From positions 20,936-84,935 of IMG/VR virus record IMGVR_UViG_3300006735_000022: 64,000 bases of DNA. One strand, given 5' to 3'. Both the position numbers and the translations under genes were made by a program. The DNA comes from a virus. Positions 18,098-26,881 of the stretch are shown one piece after another; within the stretch, counting starts at the first letter, position 1; each line of letters begins with the position of its first letter. The notes under the pieces are model-generated. The model was given only the letters and a program-made list of their open reading frames with translations. It ran no database searches and was not told where the DNA came from.

Positions 18098-18851
18098 TAT
18101 ATCAGTAAGGGGTTTTGGTATTCCAACCTTACAGGTAGGACAACTGGACATCAGAGATATCAGAACGCAGTCACCACCTGCTTGGTCTATCTCTCCACCC
18201 ACGGCAGTGCCCATCTACCCACCAGTCACTGAGAGTGTGGGTGTTCCCATTGTCAATGTTCCTGGATGTGTTGAGGCACACAGGGATAGTGGTGAGAATC
18301 AGAATCTAAAGAACGAGGATAAAGAGGGGACCTTAGTATATTGTGATGCTGGCACACCTTCTTTCAGTCCTATTGACTATGATACAAATAAACTAGACAT
18401 CAAACAGGGGACACCTCCTCCCCCTATTGTTCCACCTAGTAAGACACCGGAGCAGACGACACCACAGACTCCAGGCATACCAAAACGACCCTCATGTAAA
18501 GAGGGTGAGCAGTATAATCAAGCAAAGAGAGTTTGTGAGATCATTCAGGTACCTCCTAAGGTAGAAGAAGAGATACCTTGGACTGAGCAGTACCTACCGT
18601 CACCAGCAGCGGTAACTACTACCGCCTCAATCGCTGTAGTTGCGACGACTTCTGCACTGCTCGCAAAACCTCTCGCTGATCTTCTGTTGAAAGTGGTGAA
18701 ACCTGTAACGAAGAAGATTGTGAAGAAGATTGCCGCAATACGGAAGAAGAAGATCCCGGTACTATCGGTTTCGTCTCGCCGGGCTGAACAACGGGAGCGG
18801 AACCAGGCGATTCAGAAGTTGAAGTCCGCCCTCCGCCAGCGGAAGAGATAG
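18084..18851 (+). CDS. Pro-rich protein with C-terminal membrane anchor
   Basis: GVPIVNVPGCVEAH..YCDAGTPSF; hydrophobic TTASIAVVATTSALLA followed by a Lys/Arg-rich tail. Confidence 0.65.
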   Translation: MEIPNISVRGFGIPTLQVGQLDIRDIRTQSPPAWSISPPTAVPIYPPVTESVGVPIVNVPGCVEAHRDSGENQNLKNEDKEGTLVYCDAGTPSFSPIDYDTNKLDIKQGTPPPPIVPPSKTPEQTTPQTPGIPKRPSCKEGEQYNQAKRVCEIIQVPPKVEEEIPWTEQYLPSPAAVTTTASIAVVATTSALLAKPLADLLLKVVKPVTKKIVKKIAAIRKKKIPVLSVSSRRAEQRERNQAIQKLKSALRQRKR

Positions 18852-19660
18852 GTTGTGGAATAGTATGACGGTGTGGTCTAATAGCATCAATACTATCTAC
18901 CATTACATCTGCACAGATGGCAGCATACTTTGTTCCAGGTCTAAAATAAATTCCTGCCTTCTTCAATTCGCCACAATTTTTTAGTCTCGCAATCTCAAAG
19001 TCGAGACGTTTGTTGGCAACCAACTGTTCCTGTAATGAGATTTGAGTCTCTGCTGCTCTCTTACAACGTGCCTGTAATCCTCCATCTAGAGGTAGAGATA
19101 GTGTGGCAGAGAGACCAATGCTAGTGCTATAGTTATCTTTCTGTCCTGTGCGAACTGGTTTCCTCCAGACTTCACGTCCAGGATTGTCTGGGATACCATC
19201 TCCTTGCATCTCCATGACAGTGATAGTCATGTCTGCACCATCTTCAAACCACCTAGTACCATCTTCTTTGGTGGTGGTGTTGTAGTGTGGTTCCCAAGGA
19301 TAGTTTTTTACATTTCTCTGAACCTCAACTAACCGTCCATCAAAATCGGTCATGTCATATTGAGGTTCAAAGTACATTGACTCGAACGGATCCTTCTTGG
19401 ATTGTGCGTGTGTAATGTAAGGTGTAAAGTTGGCAGTGGGACCTTGGCAACTGATCCCTCCGCCATAAGTGTTAGTAATATATGGACCTTGTAATACCTG
19501 AATGGCTTGGTTGGTCACCGAGCCAGAGCTATTCGCTATCGGATTTGCTGTTGCACTTACACCCCCGACACCTTCCGCCAGTGTGGCAGGGGCAATCGCA
19601 AGTTGAGTTAGACATAGGACTACTGGGTAAAGATACTTGTGGTGTCGGTTACGCTTGTAA
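18619..19660 (-). CDS. exported protein resembling a single TolC/OEP repeat; true start unresolved
   Basis: Signal-peptide-like KYLYPVVLCLTQLAIAPATLA-EG; PTANFTPYIT...SIGLSATLSLPLDGG followed by a long helix; only upstream canonical start in frame is ATG 19914 (5' coordinate approximate). Confidence 0.55.
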
Positions 19661-20072
19661 CCTCGGTCACTCTTTGGATGACCGTTTGATTTGAAATGCC
19701 CGGACCTCGATACGTTTGAGTGAACTGAAACGCTTCTCCGGGATTTGTTATTTTGAACTGAGGTGAGTTTGCGAAATCCAAAGCCGACTGGGTTGAGGTT
19801 ACCTGTCCTTCGACTCCTCCCATTGGACTCACTGTCACTGTTGATGTATTGGCTGGTGGTGCTAGAGAACTGTTCCCGTTGTCCACGTTCACGCCGGTTA
19901 CGGAGTATTCCCATCCTGTTGAATAATCTATAGAGTTGATCGTTTCAGTCACCTTTGAAGTGGTTTCCGTGTGACTAGTCATGCTTCCTTGTGTAAAATT
20001 AGGCACAACTGGCACGGAATACCCTGGCGAAGCAATACTAAGCAACGCCAGTGTTGCTAGTATCTGTTTCAT
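19620..20072 (-). CDS. secreted Thr/Ser-rich beta protein
   Basis: Signal peptide MKQILATLALLSIASPGYS; VPVVPNFTQGSMTSHTET. Confidence 0.7.
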   Translation of the reverse strand: MKQILATLALLSIASPGYSVPVVPNFTQGSMTSHTETTSKVTETINSIDYSTGWEYSVTGVNVDNGNSSLAPPANTSTVTVSPMGGVEGQVTSTQSALDFANSPQFKITNPGEAFQFTQTYRGPGISNQTVIQRVTEVTSVTDTTSIFTQ

Positions 20073-20074
20073 TT

Positions 20075-20569
20075 TTACCGTACGGTAACTTCGGTAACAA
20101 ATTGGCCGGTGGCACTTGTACCAGCTCCACCCGGCGTCAAGGTAACAACACCTGCTGAAGTAATAGTACCGGCGAGGTCACCTGCAGATCCTGCTGCCGT
20201 ACTAGTTTGACTAGAGTAAGGACTCACAGCACCAACGGAAGGAGCTGTTGTGGTGATGGCATCTCCGGCAGTGTAAGAAGAACTGAAGGAGAAAGCACTA
20301 CCAGCGGTTTGCTGAGTAGCAGTGATAGTTGCAGGAGCAGCAACACCATTCGACCCGATGGTTCCCAGTCCTCCCACTACACCAGCCGTGGTGCCGTCTG
20401 AAGTCGTCACGCCGTTTCCGGAAATCGCAAGTGAGTTACCAATTCGCTGCACATTAGTTGCAGCAGCATCAACGGTGAGTTGTGTAGAGGTAGTCATGCG
20501 GTGCGTTAGGTCTGCCTTTGCGGCACCACCCATAGCCAGCAGAGCTACAATAAAAAGTAATCCTTTCAT
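20075..20569 (-). CDS. secreted Thr/Ala/Gly-rich beta protein
   Basis: Signal peptide MKGLLFIVALLAMGGAAKA; C-terminal GTSATGQFVTEVTVR. Confidence 0.7.
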   Translation of the reverse strand: MKGLLFIVALLAMGGAAKADLTHRMTTSTQLTVDAAATNVQRIGNSLAISGNGVTTSDGTTAGVVGGLGTIGSNGVAAPATITATQQTAGSAFSFSSSYTAGDAITTTAPSVGAVSPYSSQTSTAAGSAGDLAGTITSAGVVTLTPGGAGTSATGQFVTEVTVR

Positions 20570-20629
20570 TGATACTCAGATATTATGCTGTACTGTATAT
20601 ATGATATATAGATGGCGCTCTTCATTATT

Positions 20630-21283
20630 ATGAAAATTTTTCTGGACACTGCGGATACTGAAGTCATCAATCGCCACATGCACACTGGATTGATTGATGG
20701 AGTTACAACTAACCCCACATTGATGCTGAAGAGTGGTAGATGTCCTGACGATGTTTACCAGGAACTCATTGACATGGGTCTCACCGATGTCAGCATGGAG
20801 GTGGGTGGTAATGCAATGGAGATGCATGAAGAAGGTTTCCGTCTCGCCAAAAAATTCGGATCCTGTGCTACAATCAAAGTTCCATGTACCCCTGATGGTC
20901 TCTGGGTATGTAAGCAACTTTCAAGAGAACTGATCAAGGTCAACGTCACCCTGATCTTTAGTGCTGCTCAGGCAATCCTTGCTGCCAAAGCAGGTGCTAC
21001 ATACGTTTCCCCATTCGTGGGTCGCTATGATGACAACAGCATTAGTGGTCTCGAACTTGTCCGATCTATTAGTGAGTTGTATGCTCGCCAAAGTGTGAGG
21101 ACTAAGGTGCTTGCAGCATCTCTCCGTGATGTGTATAAGGTTACTCGCTGTTTCTATAATGGAGCAGACATTGTGACCATGCCGCCAGCAATTTTTGAGA
21201 AGATGTATAACCATGTTCTGACTGACGCTGGGTTGGCAATCTTCAACGATAACTTGGACGAAATCCGTAATGCGAATCATTGA
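20630..21283 (+). CDS. talC: transaldolase (TalC/Fsa type)
   Basis: IFLDTAD, GVTTNPTL, IKVP, VNVTLIFS, YVSPFVGR. Confidence 0.93.
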   Translation: MKIFLDTADTEVINRHMHTGLIDGVTTNPTLMLKSGRCPDDVYQELIDMGLTDVSMEVGGNAMEMHEEGFRLAKKFGSCATIKVPCTPDGLWVCKQLSRELIKVNVTLIFSAAQAILAAKAGATYVSPFVGRYDDNSISGLELVRSISELYARQSVRTKVLAASLRDVYKVTRCFYNGADIVTMPPAIFEKMYNHVLTDAGLAIFNDNLDEIRNANH

Positions 21284-21824
21284 TTATCCTGTTTCTGAAG
21301 ATTTGATCGACCAATGTATTGGAGAGATCAATAGTAAGAAGAAACATGATTGCTGGGGAGTCAGCAAGTGGAAGTGGGGTGCCACACTCCAGACTCTTTC
21401 TATGAAGAGTTTTTGTCTGTCGGCAAAACCATGCACAGATATCTACAAGCGGTTGAGGAATGAGACCTCACCTTGGTTACCATTTGTGCCTACTGCTATC
21501 AACTACCATGTGTGGTTGCCTGGTTCTGGTATCAACTGGCATAATGATGGTGACTATGTGTATGGTGCCACTCTCCACTTGACTGATTGGCCTGCTGAAC
21601 ATGGTGGTCTCTTCTTGTGGAAGGATCATGATGATAAGTTGCATACAATTCAACCCAAAAGAAACATCCTAGTAATCAATGAGGGTGAAGAAAGGCATGC
21701 AGTGACACCTACATGTGTTACTGAGAAAGAAGCTGGTCTTAGAATGTCAGTACAACTATTCTGTACAAAGGAATCTGCTTACCGTATTAGAGGAACTAAC
21801 ACCGGAGGAGGTACGAAGGTCTAA
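21270..21824 (+). CDS. 2OG-Fe(II) oxygenase (prolyl-4-hydroxylase-like)
   Basis: WHND...GGLFLW...HAVTP...R.SVQLF. Confidence 0.8.
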   Translation: MRIIDYPVSEDLIDQCIGEINSKKKHDCWGVSKWKWGATLQTLSMKSFCLSAKPCTDIYKRLRNETSPWLPFVPTAINYHVWLPGSGINWHNDGDYVYGATLHLTDWPAEHGGLFLWKDHDDKLHTIQPKRNILVINEGEERHAVTPTCVTEKEAGLRMSVQLFCTKESAYRIRGTNTGGGTKV

Positions 21825-22087
21825 TGGAACATAGATTCAAATGCTTGCAATGTAATAAAGAAATGGAAGACCTCGGTAGGTTTACTACCTGTGGTTGCCC
21901 TAATGTGATGTCGTATTATAATGGTAAGATTACTGCCATGGATCTTGAGATGGTGGTTGAGGTAGCAATCCCTCAGCGTACCCCTGAGGTCCATAAACCA
22001 TCCAGTTATCTGAAACCCGAAGACCTCCAGTATCAGGAGCAAAGGAAGCAGAGGAAGGTACGTAGATTGCAATATGATGTGCGATAA
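21824..22087 (+). CDS. Zn-ribbon hypothetical protein
   Basis: CLQC...CGCPN. Confidence 0.6.
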   Translation: MEHRFKCLQCNKEMEDLGRFTTCGCPNVMSYYNGKITAMDLEMVVEVAIPQRTPEVHKPSSYLKPEDLQYQEQRKQRKVRRLQYDVR

Positions 22088-22130
22088 ATATTGACAAGAC
22101 CCCTTGGGTCTACTATACTATTGTCAAATA
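22084..22130 (+). promoter_or_regulatory. composite late + sigma70 promoter of the glycan operon, with inverted repeats
   Basis: ATAAATA (22084) directly followed by TTGACA(22091)-N17-TATACT(22114); inverted repeats TTGACAA/TTGTCAA and AGACCC/GGGTCT. Confidence 0.75.
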
Positions 22131-22140
22131 CGCTCTCCCA

Positions 22141-22368
22141 ATGTCCAGAGGATTATTCCTTTCCAAGTTCAAAAACTACACTCAAATCTTGGTTGCTGCT
22201 GTAGAGGAAAAAACTGATCTAGAATTTGATCACCCCTCCCTCTACGAAAACTTGATTACTCACTACAAAGATCAAGAAGTTTACTTCTATGAGGATCAAG
22301 AAAAAAACTACGATGTAGTGATCGACAAGTTGGAGTATGATCTTTTGAACTCAGGTGTAATGGGATGA
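22141..22368 (+). CDS. conserved hypothetical protein
   Basis: 75-aa acidic ORF, first gene after the promoter. Confidence 0.6.
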   Translation: MSRGLFLSKFKNYTQILVAAVEEKTDLEFDHPSLYENLITHYKDQEVYFYEDQEKNYDVVIDKLEYDLLNSGVMG

Positions 22369-22724
22369 GGGAAGATCGCCCTTGGGGTTGGTATGAAACT
22401 ATTGAGGATGGCGAAGGATACAGAGTAAAAAAAATCCACGTCAATCCAGGGCAACGTTTCTCACTACAATTCCATAGAAAAAGATCCGAACATTGGGTCA
22501 TCATTGATGGTTCAGGTATGGTAACTCTTGGCAACTGTGACCACGATGCTAGACCTGGCAGTTGCTTTACCATAGGTATTGAGCAACGGCATCGTGCCAC
22601 AGCAAGTGAGGATGGTCTCACTTTTATTGAGGTGCAAAGAGGTGAGTGTAGTGAGAGAGATATTGTTAGACTAGAAGATGACTACGGTCGTCACGCACCG
22701 ACCTTTCTGGAATTGTTGACATGA
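22365..22724 (+). CDS. mannose-6-phosphate isomerase type II cupin (stand-alone ManC C-terminal domain)
   Basis: RPWGWY, SLQFHRKRSEHW, FIEVQ, DIVRLEDDYGR. Confidence 0.88.
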   Translation: MREDRPWGWYETIEDGEGYRVKKIHVNPGQRFSLQFHRKRSEHWVIIDGSGMVTLGNCDHDARPGSCFTIGIEQRHRATASEDGLTFIEVQRGECSERDIVRLEDDYGRHAPTFLELLT

Positions 22725-23665
22725 CATATATGGTGACCGGCGGTGCCGGGTTCATCGGGAGTAACTTCTTACACTTCCTTCGTAAGAGAACTGATGAAGA
22801 GATTGTTGTTATTGATAACCTGACATATGCTGCTGACCTGAGGTTCATCCCTAGGTCACAGCAGTTCAAGTTTGAATGGTGTGACATTACAAATGAAGAG
22901 CATGTTCACTTCTTATTTGAGAAGTATGCTCCAAGAAAGATATGGCACTTTGCTGCTGAGAGTCATGTAGATAATAGTATTACCAACTACAGACCATTCT
23001 TAGAATCAAATGTTGTTGGTACTATCAATCTACTCAACGCATCCCTGAACATGGGGATCGAAAAGTTCCATCACATTTCTACTGATGAGGTGTATGGATC
23101 TCTTGAGTATGATGACATAGAACTCTTTACTGAAGAGACTCCATACAATCCTAGGAACCCATACTCTGCGAGCAAGGCAGCATCAGATCATTATGTCAAG
23201 ACATGGCACAACACATATGATCTACCGTATCTGATTACCAACTGTAGTAATAACTATGGAAGGCATCAGCACGAAGAGAAACTGATTCCTAAGATTATCA
23301 AACGTGCCATGAAGGATAACATCACCTACATGTATGGTGGTGGTCAACAGATTCGTGACTGGTTGTCTGTGGTAGATCACTGCAAAGCAATCTGGTCTCT
23401 GGAAGAACACGGTATCATCAACGATCAATTCAATATTGGTGGTGGATGTGAGATGAGAAACATTGATGTCACCAAGATGGTGCTTGATATTATCGATAAA
23501 CCTTATGGTCTTATTGGTATCTCAGATCAAAGACCGGGACAGGACAAGCGGTATGCCATAGATCATGGTAAAATAACAAGGACTACGGGGTGGGAACCCG
23601 AAATTGAATTTGAACTTGGATTGCGAGCAACTGTATCATGGTACTTAGAAAGATGGGGAATGTGA
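22721..23665 (+). CDS. rfbB: dTDP-glucose 4,6-dehydratase
   Basis: VTGGAGFIGSNF, HFAAESHVD, HISTDEVYG, YSASK, NCSNNYG. Confidence 0.92.
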   Translation: MTYMVTGGAGFIGSNFLHFLRKRTDEEIVVIDNLTYAADLRFIPRSQQFKFEWCDITNEEHVHFLFEKYAPRKIWHFAAESHVDNSITNYRPFLESNVVGTINLLNASLNMGIEKFHHISTDEVYGSLEYDDIELFTEETPYNPRNPYSASKAASDHYVKTWHNTYDLPYLITNCSNNYGRHQHEEKLIPKIIKRAMKDNITYMYGGGQQIRDWLSVVDHCKAIWSLEEHGIINDQFNIGGGCEMRNIDVTKMVLDIIDKPYGLIGISDQRPGQDKRYAIDHGKITRTTGWEPEIEFELGLRATVSWYLERWGM

Positions 23666-24489
23666 AATCATTCAACAGTCCAGTCACTCTCTACGGTCCT
23701 GGGTTTGTTGGCGGTAGGTATGCTGAGATGTATCCTGACACCTTGATACAGGAACGTGATGAATACAAACCAAAGACTAAGAAGATCCTCTACATGATCT
23801 CTACTGTGGACAACTACAACGTCCACAAAGAAGTTGGTTTAGATGTTGATACTAATCTCCGTGTGTTATGTGATGTCCTAGAGCATTGTCGTAACGAGGA
23901 CATAGAGTTCAACTTCATTTCATCCTGGTTTGTTTATGGTAAGGGTGGCGAGGTTCCTGCGTTTGAGGAGTCTCTATGTAATCCTACTGGGTTCTATAGC
24001 ATCACTAAAAAGTGTGCAGAAGACTTGATCAAGTCTTTCTGTGATGTATACGACATGAAGTATCGTATTCTTCGCTTGTGTAATGTGTTGGGAGATGATC
24101 CCAAAGCATCAAAGCAAAAGAATGCAATCATGTGGATGATCAATCAACTCAAAGTTGACAAACCAATCAATCTATATGATGGTGGTAGTCATCGTCGTGA
24201 CGTTATGCATGTCGATGATGTGTGTCGTGCTATCAAGATGGTGATTGATGACGGGGATTTGAATACCACATACAACATCGGGTCAGGTAAACCTACCACC
24301 ATTGCTGATCTTATTGATACTGCTGCTGCTTGCCTGGGTACTAGATCTCATATAGATAGCATCGAACCACCAAAGTTTCACAAGGATGTCCAGACTCAGG
24401 ACTTCTATCTAGATACAAGTAAACTACAGGAGTTGGGGTTCAAACCCTCCATGGATCACGTTGAGATTGTTGAGTCACTATGTCTCTGA
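23662..24489 (+). CDS. NAD-dependent epimerase/dehydratase/reductase (extended SDR)
   Basis: GPGFVG, ISSWFVYG, YSITK, RDVMHVDD, YNIGSG. Confidence 0.8.
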   Translation: MKSFNSPVTLYGPGFVGGRYAEMYPDTLIQERDEYKPKTKKILYMISTVDNYNVHKEVGLDVDTNLRVLCDVLEHCRNEDIEFNFISSWFVYGKGGEVPAFEESLCNPTGFYSITKKCAEDLIKSFCDVYDMKYRILRLCNVLGDDPKASKQKNAIMWMINQLKVDKPINLYDGGSHRRDVMHVDDVCRAIKMVIDDGDLNTTYNIGSGKPTTIADLIDTAAACLGTRSHIDSIEPPKFHKDVQTQDFYLDTSKLQELGFKPSMDHVEIVESLCL

Positions 24490-25781
24490 AGAATAAGGTC
24501 GCAGAGTTCGTCGAATACTTAGAAGGAGACGGAGAAAAACTATTCCCCTACATGGCAAATAAGGGGTGGAAGCATGGTGACAATGTTTATTATTCTGGTC
24601 CCTATTGGGATGAGAAAGAACCCATTGCTGCTATCACCACCCTGCTAGAGGGTAAGTGGTTGCCTGCTGGTGAAGAAGTCAACAAATTTGAACGTGCTTT
24701 CTCTAAGCAGTTTGGATTTGGTCACTCAATCATGGTGAACAGTGGATCATCTGCCAACCTGGTGATGATTGCTGCTCTCAAGAAGTATTTTGATTGGCAT
24801 GATGGTGACGAGATCATCGTCTGCACCTGTGGTTTCCCTACCACTATCAATCCCATCATCCAGAACGGTCTCAAACCAGTATTTGTAGACATCAACTATG
24901 ATGATCTCAACTGGGACCTTGATCAACTAGAGTCTAAGATCACTCCCAGAACCGTGGCGCTTTTTTCTTCGCCTGTTCTGGGAAATCCCTATGACTTCGA
25001 TAAGTTCATCGAGATTGTCGATAGGAATAACCTGAGGTATATCGCTGACAACTGTGACTCGCTCGGTTCCAAGTGGAGAGGAGAGTTGCTTACCAAACAT
25101 GCCGTCGCAGCGTCTTGTTCTTTCTATCCAGCGCACCATATCAGCACGATTGAAGGCGGGATGGTTTCCTCCAACATTGAGGAGATCGTCCAGATCGCCA
25201 GGTCTTTTGCCTGGTGGGGGCGAGGTTGTTATTGTGTAGGATCCCAGAACAAACTGGCCGGTGGTGTCTGCGGTGCCAGATTCGATAGATGGTTGGAAGG
25301 GTACGACCAAGATGTCGATCATAAGTATGTCTTTGGCGTTCAGGGATACAACCTCAAGCCTGCCGATTTGCAGGGGTCTATTGGGTTGGTACAACTGACT
25401 AAGCAAGACGAGATACATCGCATCCGTCGTAGCAACAAAGCTAGACTTCACGAGATCTTCAGTCAAATTCCTGGTGCTCGGGTTATTGAAGAGAAAGAGC
25501 ATGCAGAGACAAGCTGGTTCGGTGTTCCCATCGTGTGTGATGATCACAAACACCGTCTTGTAAAATATTTAGAGGACCATAAGGTCCAAACAAGAAACTA
25601 TTTTGCAGGAAATATCCTAATGCATCCTGCATATAGGCACATTGAACCGGCAAGAAACTATCCCAACGCATGTAAAGTCCTTGACAATGTATTCTTTGTT
25701 GGGTGTAGTCCGGTTATCACTGAACCTATGTTAGAATACATAGGTGAGGTTGTTTCTAATTACGTATCTGAAAATTACTGA
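24480..25781 (+). CDS. rfbH: RfbH/E1-type NDP-4-keto-6-deoxyhexose 3-dehydrase (DegT family)
   Basis: VNSGSSANL; SFYPAHHISTIEGG with His at the usual PLP-Lys position; Cys ligands DNCD and GCYC-x11-C. Confidence 0.85.
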   Translation: MSLKNKVAEFVEYLEGDGEKLFPYMANKGWKHGDNVYYSGPYWDEKEPIAAITTLLEGKWLPAGEEVNKFERAFSKQFGFGHSIMVNSGSSANLVMIAALKKYFDWHDGDEIIVCTCGFPTTINPIIQNGLKPVFVDINYDDLNWDLDQLESKITPRTVALFSSPVLGNPYDFDKFIEIVDRNNLRYIADNCDSLGSKWRGELLTKHAVAASCSFYPAHHISTIEGGMVSSNIEEIVQIARSFAWWGRGCYCVGSQNKLAGGVCGARFDRWLEGYDQDVDHKYVFGVQGYNLKPADLQGSIGLVQLTKQDEIHRIRRSNKARLHEIFSQIPGARVIEEKEHAETSWFGVPIVCDDHKHRLVKYLEDHKVQTRNYFAGNILMHPAYRHIEPARNYPNACKVLDNVFFVGCSPVITEPMLEYIGEVVSNYVSENY

Positions 25782-26881
25782 TGGCAAGACAAAAGCGAGC
25801 TTTGGTATTGGGTGCCGGTGGTTTCATTGGCAGTCATATGGTGGCAAGACTGAAGACAGAAGGATATTGGGTGCGTGGTGTAGACATCAAGTTCCCTGAG
25901 TTCTCAAAGACAGAAGCAGATGAATTCGTTCAGGGAGATCTAAGGGATCTCCGATTCGTTGAACGAATCATTGAGTACAAGGGAACGCAAGGTAACTTCT
26001 ATGAGTCAGTGCCTTACCAGTACATCGATACGTTTGATGAGATCTATCAGTTTGCTGCCGACATGGGTGGTGCTGGTTACATTTTCACTGGTGAGCATGA
26101 TGCTGACATCATGCATAACTCTGCCAGCATCAATCTGAACCTGCTGGAGTCTGTTCATAAATTCAATCAGACTTTTGATGGTCGTGAACGGGAGTGGACA
26201 GAAGCAAACAGACCTGCTAAAACACAACCTACGAAGATCTTCTATAGTTCTTCGGCATGTATGTACCCTGAGTACAACCAACTAGACCCCGACAATCCTG
26301 ATTGTCGTGAAGAATCAGCATACCCTGCAGCACCAGACTCAGAATATGGGTGGGAAAAACTTTTTAGCGAACGACTTTACTTTGCTTATAACCGTAATTA
26401 CGGTATTCCTGTTCGGGTCGCTCGCTATCACAACATTTTCGGACCCGAAGGCACCTGGGATGGTGGAAGAGAGAAAGCACCGGCTGCGATCTGCCGCAAA
26501 GTTGCTTACCTCCCGCTCTCAGGTGGAGCAATCGAGGTGTGGGGAGACGGCTTACAGACTCGTTCCTTCCTGTTCATTGATGAATGCATTGAAGCGACTC
26601 GAAGACTGATGCAGAGTGACTTCATGGGTCCCGTCAACATCGGTTCAGAGGAGATGGTTACTATTGACCAACTGGTTGATACCGCTGCTGCAGTGGCACG
26701 TAAAGACGTGCAGAAGATCCACGTAGATGTTCCTCATACTGGTGTCCGTGGACGCAATTCCAACAACGATTTGATCCGAGAGAAGTTGGATTGGGATTAC
26801 TCACAATCACTTGAAGAAGGGATTGCGAAGACTTATAATTGGATCGTGTCTCAAATCGGAAAGAACCTAGAGGGTCAATGA
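25781..26881 (+). CDS. GDP-mannose 3,5-epimerase-like SDR
   Basis: GAGGFIGSH, FAADMGGAG, SSACMYP, YGWEK, EKAPAAICRK. Confidence 0.85.
   Translation: MARQKRALVLGAGGFIGSHMVARLKTEGYWVRGVDIKFPEFSKTEADEFVQGDLRDLRFVERIIEYKGTQGNFYESVPYQYIDTFDEIYQFAADMGGAGYIFTGEHDADIMHNSASINLNLLESVHKFNQTFDGREREWTEANRPAKTQPTKIFYSSSACMYPEYNQLDPDNPDCREESAYPAAPDSEYGWEKLFSERLYFAYNRNYGIPVRVARYHNIFGPEGTWDGGREKAPAAICRKVAYLPLSGGAIEVWGDGLQTRSFLFIDECIEATRRLMQSDFMGPVNIGSEEMVTIDQLVDTAAAVARKDVQKIHVDVPHTGVRGRNSNNDLIREKLDWDYSQSLEEGIAKTYNWIVSQIGKNLEGQ

Noticed and set aside
19529-19615. Minus-strand 28-codon Cys-rich ORF (MSNSTCDCPCHTGGRCRGCKCNSKSDSE), metallothionein-like
   Set aside because: It lies in a shifted frame of the TolC-like gene; the Cys codons arise from Ala/Val codons read out of frame, and there is no SD
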